This document shows, one piece after another, positions 42,662 to 54,279 of a stretch of DNA of 64,000 bases (positions are counted from its first letter, which is position 1; each line of letters starts with the position of its first letter). The stretch covers positions 640,001 to 704,000 of the forward strand of contig CAVVMW010000023.1 of assembly GCA_963749495.1 (NCBI GenBank), read 5' to 3'. The DNA is from an uncultured bacterium (lineage in GTDB: Bacteria; Verrucomicrobiota; Verrucomicrobiia; Limisphaerales; UBA8199). The notes under the pieces are model-generated. The model had not been told where the DNA came from and made no database searches. It saw only the letters and a program-made list of their open reading frames with translations. Position numbers and translations under genes: made by a program.

Positions 42662-42967
42662 TCACGGACCGGGTTTGCAGCCGCCTGGAGCGAAGTGACC
42701 GCGGCGCGGGGGCAGACGGGTTGTGGCGGAGGCCGTAAGGATGACCATCTGCCGGACGATCCTCAGGACGAGTTGGGTCCGACTGGTCACTCGGAGTTTC
42801 AGCGAGAGCCGGCCAACGTGCGTGTGGACAGTGTGCGCGGAAAGGCCGAGCAGGGCCGCGATGGCCTTCTCGGTCATGTTGTCAAACAGACCGCGAATGA
42901 TTTCCATCTCGCGCCCGGAAAGGTCCAGAGAGGTGGCGACTTGCTTCGATGCGTGTTGGCTGAGCAT
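42662..42967 (-). CDS. Stand-alone LuxR-type HTH regulator
   Basis: LSGREMEII...EKAIAALLGLSAHTVHTH. Confidence 0.8.
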   Translation of the reverse strand: MLSQHASKQVATSLDLSGREMEIIRGLFDNMTEKAIAALLGLSAHTVHTHVGRLSLKLRVTSRTQLVLRIVRQMVILTASATTRLPPRRGHFAPGGCKPGP

Positions 42968-43608
42968 CGCGGAGCCAACATTTGACGAGGTTCCTTTGGA
43001 GCGCAGCTTCACGGCGCCGCCTCCTTGTGTACTTGCCGCTCGGCCCTCCCGGCCTGATGCTTGTGGACGCGCTCCATACCGGCACGATGGCGGTGGCGCG
43101 GCTGCGGGCCGCTCGGCCTGGGGGGGCGGGGAAGTACGAGCGAAGCACCGGAGATGCACGCTGGACCTGCTCTGTGCGATCGAGGCGGCAGATCCCATTG
43201 CGCCGGACTGGTCCTCTCCCCTGGATAAAACATGCAACTGACCATTAACTGTGATCGATTGAAACGTACTGCGCGGCGAAAGTCAATGCGCATATGTGAC
43301 ATTTGGGCAACAGCCAGGGCGAATTCTTGAAGCGGCTTGGATTCCAAAGGATCCATAGGGGTTGCCAACCCCTCAAGTGCTGCCGGTATCAAAAAATCGG
43401 CAACGGCTTTGGCGGCAACAGGAAAAGGTCGTCAAACACAGCGGATGGACTCTGCTGGTGGCTCCAACGACAAAGCCCCGGAGCCAGGCTCCAGCTCAGA
43501 AGAACGCCTCCGCCGCTGCACTCCAAGTCCTTCGGGGGCCAGGCGGTGGCCCTGCACGCCCGCACCTGGTTCCCGATGGAGGGTGAGCTGTGGCGGCCCA
43601 ATGCAGGA

Positions 43609-44058
43609 TTAAAGGTGCAGTTTCGGCCATTCTTGTCGCCGCTTCGAGCGTCGGAACTCCTTGTAATCATCGGTGACATCCGGGAAGGCCTCCCTCAACA
43701 CTCGCGCGCGCCTTTCTGGCGGCATTGGTTCGTGCCAACCTCGATAATCTGCGCGGAGCAGTTCGACGGTGGCAGCCAGCGATGCAGAGCTGATCCCTTC
43801 GACGTTCTCGGGCAGGCTAATCTGAGCCACCAGCGATAGTTGATGCTCCCCATCGGCGATCAGCCTCTGCAGCAAGCTCTTATGGACGGCGAGATCCTCC
43901 GGGGTGGGGTCCCGCACGAACATCCGCTCATCCTCCCCTTTGCGGAAGGCCTCGATTTTCTTCAGCCAAACGGCGGCCTCGGCAAACAGCCGCAGTTGGG
44001 GGTCATCGCCAAGAATCAGGTGCTTGGCGACGCCCCATTGCGCCTCCACAGTCGTCAT
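43609..44058 (-). CDS. Hypothetical protein
   Basis: Protein-like composition; TTGCTA-N17-TAGTTT lies 6 nt upstream of the ATG. Confidence 0.6.
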   Translation of the reverse strand: MTTVEAQWGVAKHLILGDDPQLRLFAEAAVWLKKIEAFRKGEDERMFVRDPTPEDLAVHKSLLQRLIADGEHQLSLVAQISLPENVEGISSASLAATVELLRADYRGWHEPMPPERRARVLREAFPDVTDDYKEFRRSKRRQEWPKLHL

Positions 44059-44133
44059 GGCTGGAAACTAATTCCGTTGTCGTGGGATAGCAACACGGGA
44101 CAATTGATTTTGACATTCTGGCCGGCCAACGCA

Positions 44134-44349
44134 TCAGCGACCAAGTGGGTTGGCATCGGGAATGACAGTCTTCTGGAAATCCCCGGCCTGTTCGGGGTGT
44201 GCCAGGCGCGGGCTCGTCCACCCGGCTATGCTTGGCTGGCCCACACCCGGTATGACCACATAGACCCTCGTCCGCTCTGGTACGTGGACATCTTCTGGGA
44301 GCTTAATCTGCCCGTTCTCGACGATCCCTTCAAAAGTCGCTACTTTCAT
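44134..44349 (-). CDS. Small AF2212/DUF104-like antitoxin-family protein
   Basis: TFEGIVENGQIKLPEDVHVPERTRVYVVI. Confidence 0.6.
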   Translation of the reverse strand: MKVATFEGIVENGQIKLPEDVHVPERTRVYVVIPGVGQPSIAGWTSPRLAHPEQAGDFQKTVIPDANPLGR

Positions 44350-44383
44350 ACGCAAAGAAACCTAGCTGCACTCCGCACTCCCC

Positions 44384-45783
44384 TCACTGCCCTCCCCAGA
44401 CCTTCTCCAGCCGCGCCATCACGTCCCGGTAACTGCTATCCACCTCGTAGATGAGCTTGAACTGCTCCAGGGCCTCCTGACTCCTGCCCATGCTCTCCAG
44501 GGCGCTGGCCAGATTGTAAATGATCTCCTTCTTCTCGTCGTCGAAGACCGGTTTTTCCTTCAGGGCGTTCTGGAAGGTGCGGACCGCCAGGTCGCAGGTC
44601 ATCTTCCGTTTGGCGAAGCATTGGCCCAGGAGATTCATGGCCGCGATGCGTTTGTGGGGACTGGCCTGGGCCTTTTGAAATTCCGCGATGGCCTCGCCGA
44701 TCTTGCCGGCCTTGAAGTAGAGCTCGCCCAACTCGAAGCGGAACTGCAGGTCGGTGGGGAATTTCTCGACGCGTTTTTGGCACTCGGCCAGGAGGTAGGC
44801 CTGCTTTTCGGCCTGCAGGCTGGCCGCCTGCTCGGCCTGGTCCGGCGAGGCCGGGTCAAGCTGCGCTATCCGGTAGTCGTACTTGCGCGAACATGGTCTC
44901 GGCGATGGCGCTGTCCAGGGAGGCGTCGCTGCCGATGTCCGACTTCTTGATCCGGTCGTAACAACTGAGCGCCGAATCGAATTCGTTTTTTCTGGGTGTA
45001 GAGTTCGGCCAGTTGGCGGAGCAGCTTGAGGTTGTTGGGCTCGGTTGAGAGCCGGGCCTCGTATTCGCGGATGAGCCGCTGGGCAACGTCCTCGCTCTTG
45101 ACCTGGCGGTTCTCCTGTTCGAGCATGATGGCCTCCTCTTTGTCCTTGAGGATGTCGCGATAGGAACCGGAGCCGTCGGCCAGGGCCTCGTAACCACCTT
45201 CGTCCAGGGTCTTGCGGGCCGAGATGTCCTTGAGGGTTTGGGCCAGGTCGGCGTCCCTGGGATTGAGCCGGCAGGCCTCCATGAGGACGTTTTCGGCGTG
45301 CTGGCCTTCGCCGATCTCCGCTAAGGCGTTGGCGAACTTGATGGACAGGTCCTTGTCGTGGGGCGAGCCCCGGTGCAGGAGGTCCAGCGAGAGCACGGCG
45401 GTGCGCGGCATCTGCAGGGCCGTGGCGGCCTCGACGATCAACCGGTGCGCCGAGGCGCTCTCCGGGTCGCTGTTGAGTATCTGCTCGGCGATTTGCAGCG
45501 TCTCAGCCGGGTCTTTGTGCAGGGCCATTTGGCCCTTGGCGACCAGCGGCCTGGAACCGGCCCCGCTGAGCATCTTCTTGAAGAAGCCCCGCCCGCCGCC
45601 CGACCGCTGCAACTGCGCCAGCCGCAACGCCTTGCGGCATTCGTAAAATCCCGGTTCCCGCACCAGCACCTGGTTGAACAGGTCGACGGCGTAGTCAATG
45701 TTCTCGTGCCTTATGGCCTCGGTGCCCTTCGTATAAAGCATCCGCACGTCGCGGGAGATTTCGTTCAGGCTCTTTTCTGCCAT
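44384..45783 (-). CDS. Tetratricopeptide repeat protein (frameshifts near 44990 and 44890)
   Basis: Three overlapping frames give continuous TPR helices ending EIIYNLA...IYEVDSSYRDV. Confidence 0.82.
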
Positions 45784-45965
45784 ACCCGAGTATAATCACA
45801 GATTTTCTGGAATATGCCACAATAAAACCGTTCCGTGGCCCGCTCCGCCCCTGCCGCAAACTAAGACCGGTTAGGGCCGGAAACCTCACGCCAAGGGCGC
45901 CAGCCGGCGATAACGCAGGAGAATCGGCCGCCTGAACCAGAAGGGCGCCCCTTCGGCGCAACAGC

Positions 45966-46045
45966 GTTTTGGACTGCGCCAGTCCTCTGGCGCTTTGGCG
46001 TCGCCAGCCTCCAAAAAGCGCCAGAGGACTGGCGCAGTCCAAAAC
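45966..46045. repeat. REP-like inverted repeat (GTTTTGGACTGCGCCAGTCCTCTGGCGCTTT pair)
   Basis: Perfect inverted arms of about 30 bp. Confidence 0.85.
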
Positions 46046-46118
46046 CTCGCGGCCTGCTCGACATCTCATGGAAAGGTCCTAAAGCGGTCCCATTCCTCCT
46101 GGCGCCCCTCCCGGGCTG

Positions 46119-46150
46119 ACTCCGCACTCCGCACTCCGCACTCCGCACTC
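46119..46150. repeat. Heptamer tandem repeat (ACTCCGC)x4+
   Basis: Directly visible; a shorter copy lies near 44368. Confidence 0.9.
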
Positions 46151-47673
46151 TAATCGCACGGCACGGTCCGCTCGGTAGCCCATTGCCGGGTTTGCTCGAC
46201 CGTTTCGGCCAGGAGGACCGAGAGCGGCCGGGTCTGCTGGATCTCGGCCACGAGGTCGGCCTGGGACGGCGCGCAGCCCCGGGCCCGGGCGGTGTACATC
46301 GCCGAGACGATGGCCTGCTCGATTTCGGAGCCGGAGAACCCGTGAGCCGCCCGCCCCAGGGCATCGAGATCGAAGCCGGCCGGGTCGAGCGCGCGTTTGC
46401 GCAAGTGGATGGCCAGGATGTCCCGCCGGTTGTCCGCCGAGGGCAGGTCCACAAAGAAGATCTCGTCGAAACGCCCCTTGCGCACGATCTCGGGCGGCAG
46501 CCGGGTGATGTCATTGGCTGTGGCCACCAGAAAGACCGGCTTTCGCCGTTCGCTCATCCACGTCAACAGCGTGCCCAGTACCCGCCGCGACAGGCCGTCG
46601 TCGTCATCGCCCACCGCCAGGCCCTTCTCGATCTCGTCCAGCCACAGCACGCACGGGGCCATCATCTCGGCCATGTCCAGCGCCTTGCGCAGGTTGCGCT
46701 CGGTCTCGCCGTAGTACTTGCTGTAGAGCACGCCGAAATCCAGCCGCAGCAGCGGCACGCCGAAGATCCCGGCGGCCGCCTTGGCCGCCAGGCTCTTGCC
46801 GCACCCCTGCACCCCCAACAGCAGCACCCCGCGCGGCGGGTCCAATTCCGACGGGACGTCTTCGAGGAAAAAGCTCTTGCGCAAGTCCAGCCAATTGCGC
46901 AGCCGGCGCATCCCGCCGATCTCGGCGAACCGCGCCGTCTCGTGCTCGAAGGACAGCGGCGAGTCCCGCCCCAGCAACTCATACTTGGCCCGCATCACCT
47001 CGGGCATGTCGCACTCGGAGATCACGCCGTTGTCGTTGATGGCCTTGAGCGCCAGCCGGCGGGCGTCCGTGGCGGTGAGACCGGCCAGGTTGCGCACCAG
47101 CAAATCGATGGCCTTGTTGGTTGTCTCGACCTTGCGCGCGCCGTGCTGCGCGCCCCAGTCCCCGGCCACGTCGTACACGATGGCCCGCAATTCATCCCGC
47201 GTCGGCAGGGGCAGGTGAAAGTAGGCCGTGAACGACCTCAACTCCTCCGGCACCTGCAGCGTCACTCCCACCAGCATCACGGTCGAGAGGTGCTTCTCAT
47301 ACCCCAAGGCGATGTCCTTGAGAAAGCGCACATGTACGCTGTCCTGGAGGTAGGGATGGAAATCCAGGAGCACGAACAGGCTGTGCAACCCGCGGGCCTT
47401 GATGTAGCTGAGGACCTCCTGCGACTTGAGCACGGCGCCCTCCGGCTGGTCGGCCGCGTCGAAGGCCTGCAATCCTTCGGTGACCGTCCAGCGGAAGGTC
47501 TTGACCTGGAGTTGCCGCCCAATCTGCTGGACCATCCCAACCAACTGCGCCTCCTCGTTGCTCTCGACCGCGATCAACGGCGTGCGCGAGCGGACAATCG
47601 CCGCCAGGTCCCGCAAGGGACTCTCGGTGGCCAACGCCCCGCTCTGGGCGCCCCTGACCGCGCGAACGTTCAT
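46150..47673 (-). CDS. AAA family ATPase (Ycf46-like)
   Basis: Walker A GVQGCGKS, Walker [27 protein letters not shown]. Confidence 0.92.
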   Translation of the reverse strand: MNVRAVRGAQSGALATESPLRDLAAIVRSRTPLIAVESNEEAQLVGMVQQIGRQLQVKTFRWTVTEGLQAFDAADQPEGAVLKSQEVLSYIKARGLHSLFVLLDFHPYLQDSVHVRFLKDIALGYEKHLSTVMLVGVTLQVPEELRSFTAYFHLPLPTRDELRAIVYDVAGDWGAQHGARKVETTNKAIDLLVRNLAGLTATDARRLALKAINDNGVISECDMPEVMRAKYELLGRDSPLSFEHETARFAEIGGMRRLRNWLDLRKSFFLEDVPSELDPPRGVLLLGVQGCGKSLAAKAAAGIFGVPLLRLDFGVLYSKYYGETERNLRKALDMAEMMAPCVLWLDEIEKGLAVGDDDDGLSRRVLGTLLTWMSERRKPVFLVATANDITRLPPEIVRKGRFDEIFFVDLPSADNRRDILAIHLRKRALDPAGFDLDALGRAAHGFSGSEIEQAIVSAMYTARARGCAPSQADLVAEIQQTRPLSVLLAETVEQTRQWATERTVPCD

Positions 47674-47677
47674 AGGC

Positions 47678-47779
47678 AAAAGCCTAAAAGCCAAAGGCCA
47701 ACAGGGAAAGGCTAAAGGCTGAAGGCTAAAGGCTGAAGGCTGAAGGCTAAAGGCTGAAGGCTGAAGGCTAAAGGCTAAA
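47678..47779. repeat. Heptamer tandem repeat (AAGGCTA/AAGGCTG)
   Basis: About 10 good units plus degenerate ones. Confidence 0.92.
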
Positions 47780-47940
47780 GTGCGAATATTCTGGGGTTGA
47801 CCCAGTTGACGTGTTCGAGAAACCGGCCAAGATCTTCGTCATGCCGTACCCGTCGAGCCCGAAGCCGGGGAATGACGACCTGGCATTTATACGAACGCAG
47901 ACGATAGTGAACGGCAAATCCGAGAAAGGAACGAAGGACC

Positions 47941-49174
47941 ATGAAAAGCAAGGCCATCCAACCCAGGTCGAACTGCGGTTTGTTTGCAGGTGCGGTGATA
48001 TTCATTCTGCTGGCGGCCTTGGGCTTGCGGGCGGAGGACACGAACACCGTCGAGCTGATCCAGCGGCTTGAGAAGCGAATCGAGGAACTGGAGCAAAAGG
48101 TCAAGGCCCTGGAGCGCGACCGGCCGGGGGCGGGGCAGAGCACGAACGCGCCGGCGCAACAGCGCCCGGAAGCCGTCGAACAAATGCCAAAGGGCCTGGA
48201 GGGCACCCAGCCCGCGTGGCCGGCTGCGGTTGAAGGAAGCGCAAGTCGGACCCCCAAGATCACAGCGGGCGACCAGGGCTTCTCATTGGCCTCCCCGGAC
48301 GGCGAATTCACGCTCCAGTTGAAAGGCGTCCTCCAGGTGGACTCGAGAACTTTTTTCAACGATGCCGGCATTGTGGGCAACGATGGGTTCCTATTGCGCC
48401 GGGCCCGGCCGGTGCTCGAGGGGACGGTCTTTCGCGACTTCAAGACAACAAGTCGTTTGCCGGACGGCTTTCTTCCAGCCGCTCAAGCCGGCTTTTTTGC
48501 GTCCATTGCAGGGTTTTGGGTTTGGGTTGAGCGGCAGCTATGAGAGCGAGCAGGCCCCGAATGCGTCGGCGCTGCCCGCCACAATCGGCGGCACCCTTCC
48601 CGGCTACGCCACAGTCGGCCAACAACAGTTCTTCGCCTACAATCCGGCCAGCAATGCGGTCGTGGTTGCCAGCGGAGACCACTGGCGTCTCTCGCCTCAA
48701 GGCTATTACTTCTACGGGCCGCTCAGTTTCCTGGGCGAATATGTCATTTCGGACCAACAGGTCAGCCGGACGGTCACCCAACCGTTCACCTCGGCCTCCC
48801 TGGAACATACGGCCTGGCAAGTCTCGGTCGGCTATGTGCTCACCGGCGAAGATGCCGCGTTCGCAGGCGGGGTTGTGCCGCGGCACCCATTCCGCCCGCC
48901 CAGCGGTTGGGGTGCCTGGCAACTAATGGCCCGCTACTCGGAGCTGGACCTCGACCCGCGGGCCTTTAACTCGTTCGCGAATCCTGCGTCCTCCGCCCGC
49001 TCCGCACAGGAGTGGTCCGTCGGGTTCAATTGGTATCTGAACCGGAATGTCAAAGTGTCCTCCAGCTTCGCCCATACGAGCTTCGAGGGCGGCGGCACCG
49101 GCGCCACCGTCCCCGGCATAGTCACCCGCCGGGACGAAAACGCGCTTTTCACCCGCTTCCAACTGGCGTTTTAA
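47941..49174 (+). pseudogene. OprO/OprP-type porin, disrupted near 48437-48475
   Basis: Signal peptide, FLLRRARPVLEGT, GFNWYLN, C-terminal RFQLAF. Frames break, and the middle appears to be missing. Confidence 0.75.
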
Positions 49175-49232
49175 CCTTAATTGAGATTCCCAACACGGGT
49201 CACAGCCGCTTAGTCTTCGCCTACGCGACGCC

Positions 49233-50675
49233 ATGAGTGGCACTGAGATGAAGGCGCAAACCAGCGATGCCGCCGCCGCCCCGGTGGGGGGGCGGCTCAA
49301 TCGGTACCCGGCGCAGATCAAATACATCATTGGCAACGAGGCCTGCGAGCGGTTCACCTATTATGGGATCATTGGGATCCTGGAGTTGTACCTGGTCAGC
49401 CGGATGGGCCTGGGCAAGGCCGGGGCAACGCAGACGCTGCACCTGTTTGGAACGGCGGTGTATCTGTTGCCGTTGCTGGGCGGCTGGCTCGCGGATCGAT
49501 GGCTTGGGCGCTACTGGACGATCCTGACGATCTCGCTGGTGTATTGCGTGGGCTCGGGCCTGCTGGCGTTCTTCGAAGGGAGCCGGGCGGGCCTTTTCGC
49601 GGGGCTGGCGCTCATCGCGGTAGGGGCCGGCGGGATCAAACCGTGCGTGAGCGCCTTTGTGGGAGACCAGTTCGGGCCCCGGCAGCAGCACCTGCTGCCG
49701 AAGGTCTATGGCTGGTTTTACTGGGCCATCAATCTCGGCTCTGCCGCCGGTTTCTTCATCATCCCCTGGGTCCACAACCACAAGGGCTATCGCTGGGCGT
49801 TTGGGATTCCGGGCTTTGCCATGGGTCTGGCGGTGTTGTTTTTCTGGCTCGGCACAAAGCACTATGTGCGGCAGCCCGCCGCCGGCGCGCAAAGCCGGCT
49901 GCGTCCGGGCTCGGTCATCTGGCGCGCCCTGACCTGCGGACGGCCCCGCCGCTCGGGCGAGCGGTTCCTGGATGCCGCCCTGGACCGGTTTTCAACCGAG
50001 TCGGTGCAGGGCGCCAGGACGGTGCTGGGCATCCTGAGCGTGTTCGCAACGGTGCCGATGTTCTGGGCGCTTTTCAACCAGGTGAACTCGACGTGGGTCT
50101 TGCAGGGCAAGAACATGGCGCGTTTCCACTGGCTGGATGGCGAGACGATGCAAGGGATGGGGGCGGTGCTGGTGATGATCTGGGTGCCGGTGCTGACCCT
50201 GGGCCTTTATCCGCTGGCGGAACGGCTCGGGCTGCGCCCCACCCCGTTGCGGAGGATGTCCGCCGGCATGGTGCTCGGGGCGGCCGCCTTTTTCCTCTGC
50301 GGCCTCATCCAGGCCCGGATGGACCACGGCGCCACACTGAGCATCCTCTGGCAGTTGCTCCCCTACACTGTCCTGGAGGCCGGCGAGGTGATGCTCTCGG
50401 CGACCGCCCTGGAATTTGCCTTCGCCCAGGCGCCTGCTCAGCTCAAGAGCGTCATCATGAGTTTCTGGCTCATGACGATCGCCGCGGGACATTTCCTCAT
50501 CGCCCTCTTCACCGGCCTCAACGAGCGCTATATCAGGGCCGAGGGCGCGGCGGGGTTCTACTTTTATGCCGCGCTGATGCTCGGGGTGGCGGGCGTTTTC
50601 ATCCTCATCGCCCGCAGCTACCGCCAGCGGCCGTTGGACCCGGTCCAGGACGGCAAAACAAAGGCTGAAGGCTAA
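49233..50675 (+). CDS. POT/PTR family proton-dependent oligopeptide transporter
   Basis: NEACERFTYYG, GGIKPCVSAFVGDQF, FYWAINLGS. Confidence 0.93.
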   Translation: MSGTEMKAQTSDAAAAPVGGRLNRYPAQIKYIIGNEACERFTYYGIIGILELYLVSRMGLGKAGATQTLHLFGTAVYLLPLLGGWLADRWLGRYWTILTISLVYCVGSGLLAFFEGSRAGLFAGLALIAVGAGGIKPCVSAFVGDQFGPRQQHLLPKVYGWFYWAINLGSAAGFFIIPWVHNHKGYRWAFGIPGFAMGLAVLFFWLGTKHYVRQPAAGAQSRLRPGSVIWRALTCGRPRRSGERFLDAALDRFSTESVQGARTVLGILSVFATVPMFWALFNQVNSTWVLQGKNMARFHWLDGETMQGMGAVLVMIWVPVLTLGLYPLAERLGLRPTPLRRMSAGMVLGAAAFFLCGLIQARMDHGATLSILWQLLPYTVLEAGEVMLSATALEFAFAQAPAQLKSVIMSFWLMTIAAGHFLIALFTGLNERYIRAEGAAGFYFYAALMLGVAGVFILIARSYRQRPLDPVQDGKTKAEG

Positions 50676-50749
50676 AGGCTAAAGGCTAAAGTACGAAAAC
50701 CGCCCGGCGTTCTTCGGCCTTCAGCCTTCAGCCTTCAGCCTTTAGCCTT
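50660..50749. repeat. Inverted heptamer arrays (AAGGCTR)n...(YAGCCTT)n forming a hairpin
   Basis: Same unit as 47678-47779. Confidence 0.85.
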
Positions 50750-50793
50750 TCTCCTTGAGTCTGCCGCCGCGTTGGGGCAGGGTTGGGGCACGC

Positions 50794-51684
50794 ATGAACA
50801 TGACCCGCCGCGAGTTTATCCGCGCGTCCTCCGTCCTGGGCCTGGCTGCCCTGGCCAGGCCGCCCGGGGCCTTGGCCGGCCCCGGATCACCTTATCAACT
50901 GGGCTGCTACACCCGCCCGTGGGACAAGTTCGATTATCGCACCGCGCTGGACGGCATTGCCGAGGCCGGGTTCAAGTACGCCGGCATCATGACTGCCAAG
51001 GGCAAGTCCTGGGTCATCATCACGGTCAATTCCACGCCCGAAGAGGTCGCCGCCATCGCCGGGGAGGTGAAGCAACGCGGGCTCAAGACGCTCTCGATTT
51101 ACGGCGGCGATTTCCCGGTGGCCGCGTCAGTCGAGGCGGGCATCGCCGGGCTCAAGAAGCTCATCGATCACTGTGTCCTCTGCTCCTGCCCGAACCTGAT
51201 GCTGGGCGGCACCGGCAACCAAAAGCTCTTCGATGCCTACTACAAGGTCGTCGCCGAGTGCTGCGATTATGCCGCCTCCAAGGGCGTCGGCCTGAGCATC
51301 AAACCGCACGGCGGCCAGAATGCCACGGGCCCGCAATGCCGGAAGATCCTCGAAGGGGTCGGCCACAAGAACTTCCGTCTCTGGTACGACCCCGGCAACA
51401 TCTTCTATTACTCGGACGGCCGGCTCGACCCCGTCGAGGACAGCGCGACAGTTGATGGCCTGGTGGCCGGGATGAGCGTCAAGGACTTCAAGCCGCCCAA
51501 GGAAGTCCTGGTCACCCCGGGCACCGGCCTGGTCAACTTCCGCGAGGTCCTGGCCCGGCTCCGGAAAGGCGGATTCCGCAGCGGCCCGATGATTGTCGAA
51601 TGCCTGGCGCTGGGCGACACGCCTGCCAAAATCACCGCTGAGGCGAGGAAGTCGCGGGAATTTTTGGAGGCTCTCACACGGTGA
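50794..51684 (+). CDS. Tat-exported sugar phosphate isomerase/epimerase (AP endonuclease 2 TIM barrel)
   Basis: TRREFI Tat motif; KPHGG, YDPGN, VKD, PGTGLVNF. Confidence 0.85.
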   Translation: MNMTRREFIRASSVLGLAALARPPGALAGPGSPYQLGCYTRPWDKFDYRTALDGIAEAGFKYAGIMTAKGKSWVIITVNSTPEEVAAIAGEVKQRGLKTLSIYGGDFPVAASVEAGIAGLKKLIDHCVLCSCPNLMLGGTGNQKLFDAYYKVVAECCDYAASKGVGLSIKPHGGQNATGPQCRKILEGVGHKNFRLWYDPGNIFYYSDGRLDPVEDSATVDGLVAGMSVKDFKPPKEVLVTPGTGLVNFREVLARLRKGGFRSGPMIVECLALGDTPAKITAEARKSREFLEALTR

Positions 51685-51717
51685 GGGGTTGGCCAGAGTT
51701 CGAGAGATCATTTCAGC

Positions 51718-51930
51718 ATGATTAGAAACGACCAGGAATTCCAAACGACCTCAGAGCGCATGAGGCAGTTTCAGCTTCAGGTAGCCAGGCTCCGGCGCGT
51801 CGAGCAAAATCCGGAAAACTACCGGCTTTCGGCTTCCGGGTATCTGGCGGAGTTGGACCGGATGACGTTGGAGATTCGAGAGTACCTATGGTCTCATCCG
51901 GCCGAGCCACAGCCTGAGACCGCTGTGTGA
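51718..51930 (+). CDS. Small hypothetical protein
   Basis: Helical 70-aa ORF next to hicB. Confidence 0.6.
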   Translation: MIRNDQEFQTTSERMRQFQLQVARLRRVEQNPENYRLSASGYLAELDRMTLEIREYLWSHPAEPQPETAV

Positions 51931-51995
51931 GCCAGCGGCGAGTTCGCTCTGGATGCGCTGCCAACCGTAGCGCGAGTTAGGCTCCAATCGTAAAA

Positions 51996-52232
51996 ATGCA
52001 ATCGCTTCAGCACACGATCAAAGCCATTATTCGGCGTGGGGAAGAATCGGGCTGCGTCGCGGAGTGCGTCGAAATCGCTGTGGTTACCCAAGGTGCGACG
52101 CTCGATGAGGTCATCCGTCACCTCCAGGAAGCCGTGGCCCTCCACCTGGAAGGGGAGGACCTGGGCGCTCTGGGTTTGGCGGAGAATCCGACGCTCGTGG
52201 TGACCATGGAAATCAAGCGGGCCTATGCCTAA
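51996..52232 (+). CDS. HicB-family antitoxin
   Basis: VAECVEIAVVTQGATLDEVIRHLQEAVALHLEGED. Confidence 0.82.
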   Translation: MQSLQHTIKAIIRRGEESGCVAECVEIAVVTQGATLDEVIRHLQEAVALHLEGEDLGALGLAENPTLVVTMEIKRAYA

Positions 52233-52331
52233 ATTGTTGTGTTTGGGTTTCAGAGGCTGATTGCAAGGGCGCGATGTTGAGAGCCGGCCGTGGCGCAAGA
52301 CCCGCTTTGGGACATTTTTGGCAGCTTGACT

Positions 52332-52347
52332 GGGCGCCCCGATTGCG
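52332..52347 (+). promoter_or_regulatory. Possible sigma54 -24/-12 promoter for amt-glnK
   Basis: GG-N10-GC ending TTGC (GGGCGCCCCGATTGCG); a second GG-N10-GC lies at 52291-52305. Confidence 0.3.
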
Positions 52348-52360
52348 ATGAAATCGGGCA

Positions 52361-54136
<1,776 letters not shown>

Positions 54137-54168
54137 GCCAGAGCCTGTCGCAAAACCTCTGATTCCGG

Positions 54169-54250
54169 ACCTTTGTCGCAGCCTTTGTCGGCACCTTTGT
54201 CGAAAAATGGCCAATCCGACAAAGGTCTCGACAAAGGCCGCGACAAAGGT
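54169..54250. repeat. Second copy of the 12-bp-unit palindromic element
   Basis: Same arms and GCCAATCC spacer as 3968-4048; lies between convergent genes. Confidence 0.85.
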
Positions 54251-54279
54251 TGTGCCGACGTTGCGTGGTTCGCTCTAAG

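Noticed and set aside
42970..43608. Short ORFs or an RNA gene in this interval
   Set aside because: No recognisable protein motif, tRNA cloverleaf or riboswitch; treated as intergenic.
44980..44995. Programmed ribosomal frameshift at the A-run in the TPR gene
   Set aside because: Indistinguishable from the many homopolymer indels, and the gene needs a second correction as well.
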